A stretch of 64,000 nucleotides of DNA, taken from the NCBI GenBank assembly GCA_028534125.1, contig CM052832.1, positions 13,084,001 to 13,148,000 on the forward strand. Direction: 5' to 3'. Positions 52,154-64,000 of this stretch are shown one piece after another. How positions within the stretch are numbered: position 1 is the stretch's first letter; each line of letters opens with the position of its first letter. The position numbers were made by a program, and so were the translations under genes. Origin of the DNA: Lama glama (lineage: Eukaryota). Under the pieces are notes generated by a model. That model was given only the letters and a program-made list of their open reading frames with translations, ran no database searches and was not told the origin of the DNA.

Positions 52154-52308
52154 CATGGGAATCATTGTGCTGGAGCTGTACTGGAAGCATGCTCCAAAGA
52201 CCTGTAAGAACTTTGCTGAACTGGCTCGTCGAGGTTACTACAATGGCACCAAATTCCACAGAATCATCAAAGACTTTATGATCCAGGGAGGTGACCCAAC
52301 AGGGACAG
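52154..52308 (+). CDS. PPIL1: PPIL1 coding exon 2 (cyclophilin domain); later exons not found in this window
   Basis: tttcccccctacag-type acceptor at 52152-52153, then (S)[51 protein letters not shown]+G|gtacag. Carries the cyclophilin signature FHRII..FMIQGGD; 155 nt, phase matches exon 1. Confidence 0.96.
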
Positions 52309-52699
52309 GTACAGTTAAGTCAGCATTAGTTTCTGAAGTCTCATTCTATCATAACCGGGTATAAGGCAGCCAGGGCCCTCTTCTGCGTACCAGGGAGTAG
52401 GTTAGTTGATTCTGGTGACTACTCCTGCCCTTGCTAACACACACTCTTCCCCAGACACACACATGTGGAATTGACCAGAAACCAATTTTGACTTCTGGGC
52501 TTTACACAGTTTCTCGTAACTTCCATGTATTTCTTACTAAAAGCAAATAATATTTGCCTGAATTATAGTAATGCATAGAGTAGTCTGGATAATCAGAAGT
52601 AAAGAAGGACATTTGTAATGTTTTGAGGAAAAGAAAATAGTAGGTTCTTGATTAGAATTAATCAAAGAACCCACTATTTATTGAACCCACAAATTGATT

Positions 52700-53545
52700 C
52701 AAATTGCTCAACAAATATTGAGAACCAGCCTTGTGTCAGATATTTTTCTGAGCTCTAGGGATATGGCTGTGAGTGAAAAAAAAAAAACTTCCTACTCTCA
52801 ATAAAGCGGGAAAAGGATGTGGGGATGTGATTTTAGTAGAAACGTCAGGGCACCTCTCTGAGAAGGTGTGATTGGAGCAGGGATCTGAAGGAATTGAAGG
52901 AATGAACCTTTTGACTCGGGGAAGAACATTCCTGGTGGAGGGAAGAGTACACCCAGAGGCCGTGAGGCAGGAGCCTATGTAGGTGATCATGTAGGACCTT
53001 GTAGGGCATGGCAGAGACTTTGAATTTTATTCTGAATAAGATGGGAGCTGTTGGAAGGTTTTGAGCAAAGGAGGGACATGATCTGACTTAGGCTTTAAAA
53101 AGGTCACTCTGGCTGCTGTTTGGAAAATCGATGTAGGGGCAAAAATGAGAGTTGGGAAGCAGTTAGGAGGCGGCTGCTGTTGTCCAGTCTAGACATATGT
53201 GGTTGGATAGGTTGATAGTAGAGATAGTGTTGAGAAGTGACTGGATTCAGGTTATGTTTTGATAGAAATGGAGTCAATGGGATTTGTTGAGGTTGGATTG
53301 GGGTAGGGGTAAGCGTGTGAGAGGGAGAGAGATGGTCAAGGATGACTTCAAGGTTTTTGACTTGAATTTAGTGAAATGGGGAAGGCTGAGAGAATAGCAT
53401 ATTTGGAAGCGGAACATCAAGAATTTGGTTTTGGACACATTACATTTGAAATACTTGTCAGATCTTCTATTAGATATTTTGAGTAAATTATGAGATATGA
53501 GTGTGTAGGTCATGGAAAGGTCTGGGATGGAGGTATGAATTTGGG
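52700..53545. mobile_element. L2 LINE relic (other L2 relics at ~13060-13820 and ~59450-61100)
   Basis: Typical L2 segments such as gggagctgttggaaggttttgagc...atgatctgactt...cactctggctgctg and gatgacttcaaggtttttgacttga. Confidence 0.7.
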
Positions 53546-54142
53546 TGGGATTTATTAGTGAAATTGGTACATGACAACATTTCTAAGTTTCACGGCCCCT
53601 TGCGTCTCAGACTGCATTTTCTCTGCTAATTCCTACTCCTGCTCTTTTGTCTTTAAATAAACTTGGTTCTTTCTGTGACAGTCTGTTTTCAGTCTTTTTC
53701 TTCTTTGTCAATCCCAGTTGTCCTTTATCCTTTATGACCAAGAGGCATTCAGTTTTTTTCAATATGTATGGACACATTTTAAAATACAGAATATAGAAGA
53801 AAGTACAAGAAAGACCAAAAAAAAAATCACTCATAAGTATACCTCCTAAAGATTCCGAAGTATCATAAATTATTCTGCCAATATCCTACCTCTAGAATAA
53901 TGGTGGCCATTATTCTAGACATCTTTTTTTTCAGATACCTATGAAAAGGATGGATAACCAGCTAGATGGAAATAATGTCATGCTATGTCATTGATGTTAT
54001 TGTTTTTAAAACAAAAAGTGTTGTATTTAATTTTGTATATTTAAGGGGTAAATTGACTTCCTGCTATGAAAGATAAAGAAATTAGTACTTAAATTTCTAC
54101 CCATTCCTTCTGTTTAGGAAAAGTTTGGTTTTGCCTGCCTAC

Positions 54143-54884
54143 TGTGTTAGGGAAAAACCAGTTCTTCCCTCTTGGGTTTCTCCTATACTGTTACATGCTC
54201 ACACAGTACATTTCACTTCTGACACTTCTGGTCACCAAATGTATACAAGTGTTTTTACCCACAAACAATTCCCTGAGACACCAGCTGGGTTTGATTAATT
54301 TGCTAGAGCAGGTCACAGAACTCAGGGAAACCTAAATACTTACTTTCGTTTACCAGTTTATTAAAGGATATGGTAAAGTGTACAAATGAACGGAGATGCT
54401 TCAGGTAAGGTCTGGGAGGGTGCCAAGAATAGAACTTCTGTTGCCATGGAGTTGGGGTGTATCACTCTCCCTGTGTGGATGTGTTTGTTTGTCTGCTTTG
54501 AAACTCTACAGGCCTGTACTATTGGGATTTTATGGAGGCTTCCTTGTGTAGGCATGATCCATTTTAGCTCCATTTCTGGCCCTTCTCCCCTCCTTCCCTC
54601 TTTGGAGAAGGGCATGAGGCTGCACTCAAGATTCCAAGCTTCTGATCATGCCTTGATCTTCCTGATGACCAGCCCCCATCCAGGAGTACACTCAGAGTCA
54701 CCTCATTAGAAAAAAAGATGCTCCTAGTGCTCTATCACTTAGGAATTGATAAGGTTTTCAGGAGCCCTGTGTGAGGGATAGGGTCAAAGACAAAATATCA
54801 GAACGAGAGATACTCCTAGTGTTCTTATCACTTAGGAAATTATCAGCGTTTTAGAGGCTCTGTGTTAGGAACCAGGGGCAGTTT

Positions 54885-54915
<31 letters not shown>

Positions 54916-54961
54916 TATATATATAATTATATATTATATATATATATAACATTATATATAT

Positions 54962-54999
<38 letters not shown>

Positions 55000-55020
55000 T
55001 TTTTTTCCTATTATCTTGCA
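54143..55020 (-). mobile_element. LTR relic, MER21-like
   Basis: Duplicated tatcacttaggaa...aggagc/aggctctgtg units and a terminal ggaaccaggggc...tatata...tattat segment, as I recall for MER21. Confidence 0.55.
54883..54998. repeat. Compound (TA)n AT-only repeat
   Basis: ~115 nt of almost pure A/T with several (TA)n runs. Confidence 0.9.
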
Positions 55021-55678
55021 CCTGTCCTCTCTCCCTTGCTCCCAATTTTTTGTGGTTACTTTATTTTTCCTTATCAGAGTTTACAGCATTTTCCATTCTA
55101 CACCCATGAGCCCCTCAGCTACAGTGTGAGTTCTATGGTTCAGAGGGTTCAGTGCTCACCACTAGGCTTTTCTGTTCATCAGTTCTAGAGGGCAGAATTT
55201 CTTGTTGAGTGGTTTTTATTGCAAGGGCTGGAGGATGTTCTATTTTCAGACTCAACCATGTTTGAGAATTTCTGCCTGTTACCCTTATAGTTGAAAAAGA
55301 CCGACTGGGTATACTGTTCTTGGGCCAGACTAATTCCCTCAGATCTTTTTAGACATTTCTGTTCCATTGCCTTCTGATTTTGAACATGGCTTTGGAGACT
55401 ATTGAAGCCAGATTTACTTCTTCCTTCAATTCAGGGAAAATTTTTTTATTTGTATTTCTGAATATTTCTCTGTTACACTTACTGGATTTTCTATTTCAGG
55501 AAATAGTTATTCTTTGTTTCATCACCTTTGTCTTCCATATATCTGTCACATTTCTTTTGAGTAAATGAGGTGATGGTTTTCTATTTTTTCCTGCATCCAT
55601 TGAAATAATCTCAGACCTTTACTCTGTGCCTTATTCAATTTTGAGTCATGTCTATTCTGTTCTTTGCTGCTCAAATTT

Positions 55679-56072
55679 TTTTTTAACATTTTTTATTGAT
55701 TTATAATCATTTTACAATGTTGTGTCAAATTTCAGTGTTCAGCACAATTTTTCAGTCAATCATGGACATATACACACTCATTGTCACATTTTTTTCTCTG
55801 TGATTTATCATAACATTTTGTGTATATTTCCCTGTGCTATACAGTGTAATCTTGTTTATCTATTCTACAATTTTGAAATCCCAGTCTATCCCTTCCCACC
55901 CTCTACCCCCCGGTAACCACAAGTCTGTATTCTCTGTCCACAAGTCTTTAGATTCCACATATGAGTGATCTCATATGGTATTTTTCATTCTCTTTCTGGC
56001 TTACTTCACTTAGAATGACATTCTCTAGGAGCATCCATGTTGCTGCAAATGGCGTTATGCTGTCGGTTTTTA
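55679..56072 (-). mobile_element. 5'-truncated, relatively young lineage-specific L1 3' end in PPIL1 intron 2
   Basis: T-tract, L1 3'UTR and ORF2-end sequence (ccatgttgctgcaaatggc); 18-bp TSD tctttgctgctc(a/t)aattt at 55661-55678 and 56073-56090. Confidence 0.8.
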
Positions 56073-56709
56073 TCTTTGCTGCTCTAATTTATTTATTAGT
56101 GCTGTCTTGGTGTCATTTGACTCTCAATCTGTTTCCTTAACTCTGCAATCTTTTCACTTTATTCCACTGATTTATTATCCTGTCTTTGAGCTCTTGTTTT
56201 GTTGGATTCTTATTTCTCTTGAAGCTTCTGTAGCTTGAAACAGCCACAGAAAAGCTCTTCTTGGATATATTTTCTCTCTTTCTTTCTTTCCATTTGTTGT
56301 GTATGTTTGCATAGTCTCCGTGCCATTTCTTGTCATCTTATCCACTCTTAGTGTCAGCCTTACCTTTTATTTGCTCGGGTACAGTGTAAGTGAATTGTCT
56401 TTGCCACTCTCCCTGCCTGTGTGGGGCCAGTTATCTTCCCCATCCCAAATGCTGGGTTGCTTTCTCTCCATTTTATTCTATCCTGACAAGGGTGTGGGAG
56501 AAAACACCAGCTCAGCTCATGCTGAGTGAGCTCCTGTGGGAGGGCTAGCGTCTGTACTGTTTTCCCAGACTCCATTAAAGCCATATCCCAGGGCCTCTTC
56601 CCCTGCTGGTGGTGTCCCTCTACCCCAACCTCAAGCCCTGGGTAGCTCCTGAGTTTAGCAGTAGCAGAACAAAATATCCTCATACCTTTTTTTCATTTTC
56701 ACCTGGGTT

Positions 56710-57160
56710 TCTATAAAAGAAGACATATGAATGAGAGAAAAGCATACAGGTTTACTTACTATAAGGTCTACATGATATCAGAGCCTTTAAAAGGAAATTA
56801 GGACCTGAAGAAGGGGTTACCCTGAGCATTTTTATGCCAAGTTTGATGAAGAGTGGAAAGTCGTGGGAAAATATGATAGAACAAAAGGGGTATTAGTATG
56901 AGCTCAGTGTAGTAAAACTAGGGAGACTTAGCAAGGCTTGTTCATTCATATTCCTCCTGGTGTCCCTCTGTCTTGAAGGTGGGGATGTTCCTTTCCTCTG
57001 GGTATATGGAGGGCACCTGCCACATGAGGGTCTTACAATCACTTCAGGAGAAGGTCAGAAAATCCTTCCTGCACCTGCCGTTTCTCAGATTCCTTCAACT
57101 TGAAATACTTACATGCCACAGTGCCCTGTTTTAGAGCAGCACATCCTGGTCCCCATTATG
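56710..57160. mobile_element. Probable ERV1-class LTR relic
   Basis: agaaaagcatacaggtttactta...gaaggtcagaaaatccttcctgcacctgccgtttctc...ccttcaacttgaaata resembles MER4-group/ERV1 LTRs. Family not certain. Confidence 0.4.
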
Positions 57161-59642
57161 GCCCAGTGCTCCTCTACCCCACTAAGGTAGCCAGTGCTGT
57201 TAGCCTGACCTGCCACTCCTGAGCACCTGTGGTGTGTGGGCTTCTCCTTAACTTTTTCAGGGCTGTTCACCCACTCTTCTTGTTGGCTTCTCAGAATTGG
57301 AAGATATTTGTGAGAATTCTCTGGGTGACATTCCTTTCCTGATTACTACTTTTAGGGAGTGCAGGCAGAAGAAATCCCTTATTTCTTTCCTTGACTGACT
57401 CTTCAGAATCTTTGGAATAAGTTTGTCTCCCTTTTCTTGTTTGGTTGTTGCTGATAAATTTTTGGCTTTGAAAGAAATTGAATTTTTTGTGTTTGCTTCA
57501 TCAAGTATTAGGGGAGGCAAAGTCTAGTTCTGCTTCATTCCATTTTATTTTTCTGAAAATGTCCTGTCAACACTTTGATGTATTTCTTTCCTGTCTTCTT
57601 CCTCTCTCATTGTTGGTATGAGATAAAATTTTAATTCATAACACCAGTGACCTGAGAGAGTCCTTGATTAGTGTATGAGAATTGGAAGTGACTCATATAT
57701 GAGAACTCATGCCAGAGCCTCCCTGTGTTTTTGTAGTTAGTTTGCAACCTTTCATAATGTCACATTTCCATGGTGTAATTTTAATGAAATTGAATTACTC
57801 AAAAGATTTCCAAATAATTGCATTCAGTCTCAAGTGTAATGAGTGATTGAGCCAAGCCTACTGGCAGGCCTGTGGTGGAAGGCAAACAGGAGTTAGGCCC
57901 TTCTGGATCACTAGTATATGGGCTTCTAGCTGATTAGGTAACAGTTTTTGCTGAATATCTCAGATAAACAGCACGTGGCATCCTGGACTCTTCAGCAGGT
58001 TGACGCATCATATCCATCCCCAACTGTCCCTCAGTCTTACTACTCTGGAACTATTCTTTCCATGGTCTTTCTGATACACCTTTGCCAGATGTTTTCTCAA
58101 TTCAAATATCTTTGACTTCCTGCTTCATTTTAATCTATTTTTCTTCTTATAAGTTTCCTTTATTGTAATAACTATGCTGGCTCTTTCCTCAGCCCTCTGG
58201 ATATCTTTTATCTGTTTCTACTAACTTCTTCTCTTTCTCCTCTTCCTATGAGACCTGGCATCCTATGAAGCTCTTCCTTTCACTTCTTGCTTTGCACTTA
58301 GCTGCCATGATTGTGGTGATTAATTACATGCTGATTATGCTGTGCATCATCCTCACTCTGATTTCATCTCTTCTCTTAGAAGCCCCAGGAACACCTGAAA
58401 TTTAATGTGTTGAACAGCAAGCACATTATTAATTTTATTCATTTGGTGAATATTTGCTAAGAATCTCCTGGGTATCCTGTGCTATTCTAAGGCCTGTCAG
58501 GAGTATTTAAGCGTTAGAAACCAAGGCATTTTTCTTTTCCTTGCAGAGCTCCCTGCCCTACCAGGAAGACAAGGTATTCATTATAAGAAACAACTCATTA
58601 GTAATAATATAATAAATATGCAAATACATAGAGGTACTCTATGAATTATGTATATAACATAGATTGGAATAATTTATAATAAGAGGAAAAGTACAATGGA
58701 GTGGGATTACAGAATGGGATGCTGTCATATTTTGAGGTGGGCCTTGAAGGAAATGTAGAATTTTAACTCTTGAGAGTACAGGGAAGGGCATTTTAGATTT
58801 AGAAAGAAAAATGAGTACAGAGCAGAGACACAAATGATAGAGGCGTGTAGGGTGTAAAGGAGAGCCCACCACACCAGGTGTTGTGTCTCACTCTGGACTG
58901 ACTCTGTCACATAACCCAACCAGCTTTTCCTGCCCAGAACAAATGCATAAAATGTGATTGCTAAGGCCACCAAACTGCGTGTTTAGAGGATGGTAAAGGA
59001 GGAGCAGTTTGAGGCAGTGTGTGCAGAGTAGTAGGAGATAGCATGGGGCCAGTTCATAGAGACTCCCAGGTAGGAGTTCAGGTTTGATCTAACGTCATTC
59101 AGAGACTATTTGGGACTCTTGAGTCTGGGCTAAGAAAAATATGAGGACATTTAATCCAGCCATGGTATATGCCAATGTGATGTAGCATCGAGGTGAACAG
59201 AGAGTTTTGAAGCTCACTGGGCTTGAGGTTGGTTCTTGGGTTCATATGAATATTTATTAGATGTAGATAGGTTGTATAACCTTCCTGAACCTTCTTATCT
59301 ATAAATGGGGAATGTGGTTATATGCGCCTCATGGGTTTGTTGTGAGTAGTAAACGAGTAGGTGTTTGTAAAATGGTTAGCACAGGCTTGACACAAAATAG
59401 GAGCTCAAAAAAAATATGGTTGTTTATTATTTATTTTGGTTGTTAATCAATTTAGCAAATGTCTGTTAGACTCATGCCATAGTCCAGGCATTGTTCTAAG
59501 AGCTGGAGATATAATAATGAATAAGAAAGCCCTGTGGCACTCTTACTGTAATGTGAGAGAGACAGTGAAGAAATAAATACATAATATACTATCTGGTCAT
59601 GCATGACAAATGATATGGAAAAAATAATATATAAGGGGATAG

Positions 59643-59852
59643 AGCAGGGATTCTCAGCTTTGGCAGTATTGATATTTTGGGCTGGATAATTCTTTGTTGT
59701 GGGGGCTGTCCTGTGCATTGTAAGATGTTTAGCTGCATCTCTGACCTCTACCTCCTAGCTGCCAGAACTCAAGAACTCTCTTTTGACAACCAAAAATGTC
59801 TTCACTTATTGTCCCCAGGGGGACAGAGTCATCCCTAGTTGAGAATCACTGG
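59643..59852 (-). mobile_element. MER20 DNA transposon relic inside L2
   Basis: cagggattctcagctttggcagtattgatattttgggctggataattctttgttgtgggggctgtcctgtgcattgtaagatgtttagc...gttgagaatcactg. Confidence 0.75.
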
Positions 59853-62800
59853 GATAGAGAGTGAAGGAAGTGGTTTTTGGATAGTGTGATTAGGGGAGAC
59901 CTCTCTGATAAGGAGGCATTTGAGTAGATCTCTGAATAAACTGAAATTGTGAGTCATGAGACAGTCAGGGGCAAGGACAAGACGGAGGGAACAGCAGTCA
60001 GAGGTCCTAGACGAGAGTGTGCTCTGCCAGTATGGCCAGAGCAGGTGTGTGAAGGGGAGAGTGGCAGGAGGTATGAGAGCACCAGATCATGGAAACTCTT
60101 TTAAGTTGTGGTGAAGACTTTGGATTTTGTCCTAAGTGAGATGAAGTGTCACTGGAGGATTTTGAGCGGAGGACTGCCATGATGAGACTTGTTTTAAAAG
60201 GAACTCTGTGGCTTCCACGTGGAGAAGAGACTGGTACGGAAAGTGGGAGGCAAAGCTGGAAACAGGGAGACCAACTAGAAGCTTTCGTTGTTGTTAAAGC
60301 TAGAGTTTGTTGTAGTTTGGACTACAGTGACAGTGGTTCTATTGGTTCTGATCCTCCGGGAAGCATGTGCCAAGACAGAGTTAGATATTCAAGAGATTTA
60401 CTCGGGTAACACCTGTGAAAGATAAAGCGGTGAGGGAGCAAAGGTTGGAAGGGGAAGTATCCACACATCAGTTCAGGTCTAACCCCTGTGAAAGAGAAGA
60501 GGAGAAGGAGCCAGTGGGGGAAGATGAAGAGCTGCCAGTAAGGTAGGACTTCAGGAAGGGTGACCTTAGCTGTCAGGAGCTGCTTGTGGATCAGGCAAGG
60601 TGATACCTGCGGATTGAGCATTGGATTTAACAACGTGGTGATACAGATGACTTTGACAAGAGCAGTTTCAGTGGAGTGGTGAGGGCAAACATCTGAATGG
60701 AGAGCATTCAAGAGGCAGGAGAAGAAGCGGAATGAAGTTTTCCTGGGAATGGATGTAGAGAAATAGCAGGATACTCGGAGACAAAGTGGGTTGGTTTTTT
60801 TTTTTCCAAAATGGGAAATAGTAATACCATATTTTTATGCTGATAAGAATGATCCACCAGAAAGAAAAATTGATGCAGGAGAAGGGAAAATTGTAGTTGT
60901 AAAGTTCCTTAAAGGTGAGTGGGATTGATTAGTACGTGGTGATGGGATAGCCATTTGAACAAGTTACTTATACAGCATATTAATAAGGGAAGAAGGGAGG
61001 TAAGTGGGTAGAAATGTAGGGAGGAAAGTGGATTTGGTGGTGAGAACATGTGGAAGTTCTCTTCCTTTTTCTCAGAGACATAAGAAGCAAAGCTATCCCC
61101 AAAGAGCAAGGAGCAGCGAGGAAGTGGTAGAGATTTGAAGACAGAGGGACTGGGATAAACGCAGGCAGCCTAGCTCCCCAGGTGGACTATTGGTCATGAC
61201 CTACAGTTGCCTTTCACGGAAAATGCTCATGTTATTTCTGTTAAAGGGGGCTCATCATCACTGATACTACTGTGTTTGCTTCATGTTATACACTACATGG
61301 TTTCCATACATTGTCTCAATTGATTCTCATAATAATCCTATGAGACTTGGGTACTGCTACTATTCCTACTTTGCAGTCAAGGAACTGGTGCTTACAGAGG
61401 GTAAGTATCTTGCTTAAGTGGTGGAGTGGGAACTGAAATTTAGATCTCTCTGACCCCAAAGGCAAGTGAGAAAGAGAGAACTCCTATCTTAAGAACTACA
61501 GAGCTTCCTGGAGAACCATAGTCTGTTTCCTGCGTTAGATTTGGTACCATTTGCCCTGGTAATTCAATAGCAGCTCCACTAGTCGGTTCCCCTTTCCTAC
61601 TGTTACTGACAAAGTGATTGTATCAATTTGGGATGCTTTTGGCTACAAGTAGCAGAAAATTCAACCACAGAGGCTTAAACAAAGAGAACTTTTGTTTTTC
61701 TCACAGAACAAAATGTCTGGAGGTAAGCAGTTGCAGGCATTGATTCAGCTGCCCAGCAAAGTTGTTAGGGACCCAGGCTTGCTATGTCTTTCCACTCAAT
61801 TGCTCTCACTGTGTTGGCCTTTGATCTCAAACTTCTCTTGTGATTGTAAGATGGCTGCTGCTACTCTCATCACCTCTGCTTTCAAAGAAGGAAGATGAGG
61901 AAAGAGCTATGAGTGAAAGACAAAGGAGTCTGTTTGTCCCTTCTTATCAGAAAAAGAAACTATTTGCAAAAGCATTAACTTCACAAAGGATTAGTATCCA
62001 GAATAACCCAAATATATAATATGTATGAATTTTAAAACATCAGACCACTCAGTAGAGAAGTGGTTGTTGACAGGGGAGGAAAGCTAAATAGCCAGTGAAC
62101 ACGCAATCATGCACAACTTCAGGGAAACGGAACACCACAAGAGACCTGACACCTTTCAGACTGACAGATGTTAGAAAGCCTGGCAAAAGGACCTAGATCT
62201 GTTAAGAGTGAAAGTGAGGGCATTGTGGGTGGGGGTGCACATTGCTACCACTTCTGGCAAAATATTCTGGGAAATCTAGTTAATGGTGAAATGTTCATAA
62301 ACTGTGAGCCTGCATATCCCCCATGAGATATAGTTCCTTAGAGCTCCTGCACTTGAGTTTGGGAGGCAGTATAAGCATGGTTTATGATAGCCAAAATATC
62401 CATCACAAGGAGAAAAGATAAGATTGTACTGTAATCATACAGCAGAATAAATACTACAGAGAGCTGCATGGAACAAAATGGATGAATATCCCTTATAATG
62501 GTGAACAAAAAAAAGCTAGTTGCAGAAGAATACATTGTGTATAATACCATTTATATAAACCCCAAAACATGCAAAACAATTAATACTTTTTTCAGGGATG
62601 CATACATATGTAATAGAAAAGAAAATGCACAGAAATGACAAACTCCTGATCAGAATGGTGGTTACCTGAGAGGAAAATATGATCCTTCGAAGCAATTGTT
62701 AGCTCTTGGAAGAGTGGCGGAGTCAGGAAGGGATGTAGAGGGTGTGTGTGTCTGGGGTCTTCATCTGGATTGGCCACAATTTATTTCTTGAGGGGAGGGT

Positions 62801-64000
62801 GCACAGTTGTTTGTCATATTACTCTTTGTATCTTTTTATGTCTGAAATATTCAGTATATCAGGAGAGGATGAAAAAGTAAAAGAAGTTTGAGGATAGAGT
62901 TTAGAAAACAGGCCTGTGCCTGTCTCCATTGTATCTATACTAGCAGAGGCACACAGCATATTTTTTACTGCAGTTTCCCAGTTGTTGGCTTTATAAGTGA
63001 TCATTGGCATCTGTGTCGCCTGCTTTGCACCAGAGAACTCTTTAATCACTCCCTGTCCCCCTACCATTTTTCCCCTATTCCACATGCCCAAAGGAATGTT
63101 TTGATTGGAATTATTTGTCTTTCTGACATTTTGCTGCAAACCCTACTGAGTTGAATTAGGTTATGAAATGATAACATATTATGAGTAAATGGTGCCTTAG
63201 AGGCCCAAACTACTTGCAGTTGGTCAGAATATGCCTAGTGAGTAAAAAAGGGCCTCCATGCCCTTTCCTTTCATCTCCTGATTATTTAAAACCCCAGACT
63301 TCTAAAACCCCAGTCAAGTGACTCTTGACTGGCCTATCCTGTAATCCTCGTCCTGTTTATGCTGCCATTTATGTGATGGGTTTCAGTTCCTAGAGGGCAG
63401 GGGTCCTGAGGTTCTGGCAGACCTAGGCTTGCAAGAATCATACTTCCAAGACTAAGCCTGTGGACTGACAGCACACTCCTGAATTTCATCCTCAGCTGCT
63501 CACTCTCTAAAGGCCTGGGTGTAGGGCTTGACCTTAGTTTGCCCCCACAGCCCTCTCTGTCCTGTCTCATCTTCAGCCCTAGCACTTCCACTAACCACCC
63601 CCTACCCAGGCTCAGGCAGGAACCTTGACTTTAGTCAGAGGGAACATATTGGTTATATAATTGCTATTTGGAGGTACACTGGCAAGTTGGAATTTTTGGA
63701 ATGGATTTTTTACATAGTTTGGTGCTCAGTAATTTTCCAGAAGGATAGGTAGCTGGGGCCAGGTGGGAGGTTTCCCCAGGTCTGTGAGGATTCACCCCCA
63801 TTCCTCTTTGCATGAAAACAGTGTTTTCTTCCTGAACCGGGGGCAGTGACAGGCTCCCTGTGGTGGAGCATCCTGAAAGATAAAGCAAAGGATTTTTTAC
63901 CATGGAAACACCTTAGCCAGGCCCAGGGGCCTCTGGGGGTGGACATGGTGCTTTAACATGCTACTTTCACAGCAGGCTGTAAAAGGAGGTGAGCTCTAGG

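Noticed and set aside
52309..64000. Search for PPIL1 exon 3 (GRGGASIYGKQF...)
   Set aside because: No matching coding sequence seen; the region is repeat-rich intron, so the exon probably lies beyond the window.
1..64000. CRISPR arrays, operons, rRNA or prokaryotic defence systems
   Set aside because: The sequence is clearly mammalian (spliced genes, L1/L2/MIR); no regularly spaced repeat-spacer array or rRNA-like sequence was seen.

Overview
Mammalian genomic DNA, probably camelid or another cetartiodactyl, judging from the tRNA-derived SINE and L1 3'UTR types. It covers the conserved PI16 - C6orf89 - PPIL1 neighbourhood. On the minus strand are coding exon 1 of PI16 (the gene runs off the left end) and the complete C6orf89/BRAP coding sequence. 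I could assemble C6orf89 as 7 coding exons in frame with GT-AG boundaries (1047 nt, 348 aa), with a CpG-island first exon and a ~5.1 kb 3'UTR. On the plus strand are PPIL1 exons 1-2, divergent from C6orf89; I did not find exon 3 in the window. The rest is intronic or intergenic sequence rich in L1, L2, MIR, LTR and DNA-transposon relics. I see no evidence for a wholly new multi-gene system. The most interesting signals are: a C6orf89 start codon built across a splice junction (AT|G); a ~350-bp TSD-flanked element joining an L1 5' end directly to an L1 3' end; an unidentified poly(A)-tailed retro-insertion splitting a MER20; a ~100-bp in-place microinversion in an L1; a 52-bp inverted duplicate upstream of PI16; and a JmjC/cupin-like motif pattern in the C6orf89 C-terminus. 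Gene and repeat-family names come from my recognition of the sequences, not from database searches.
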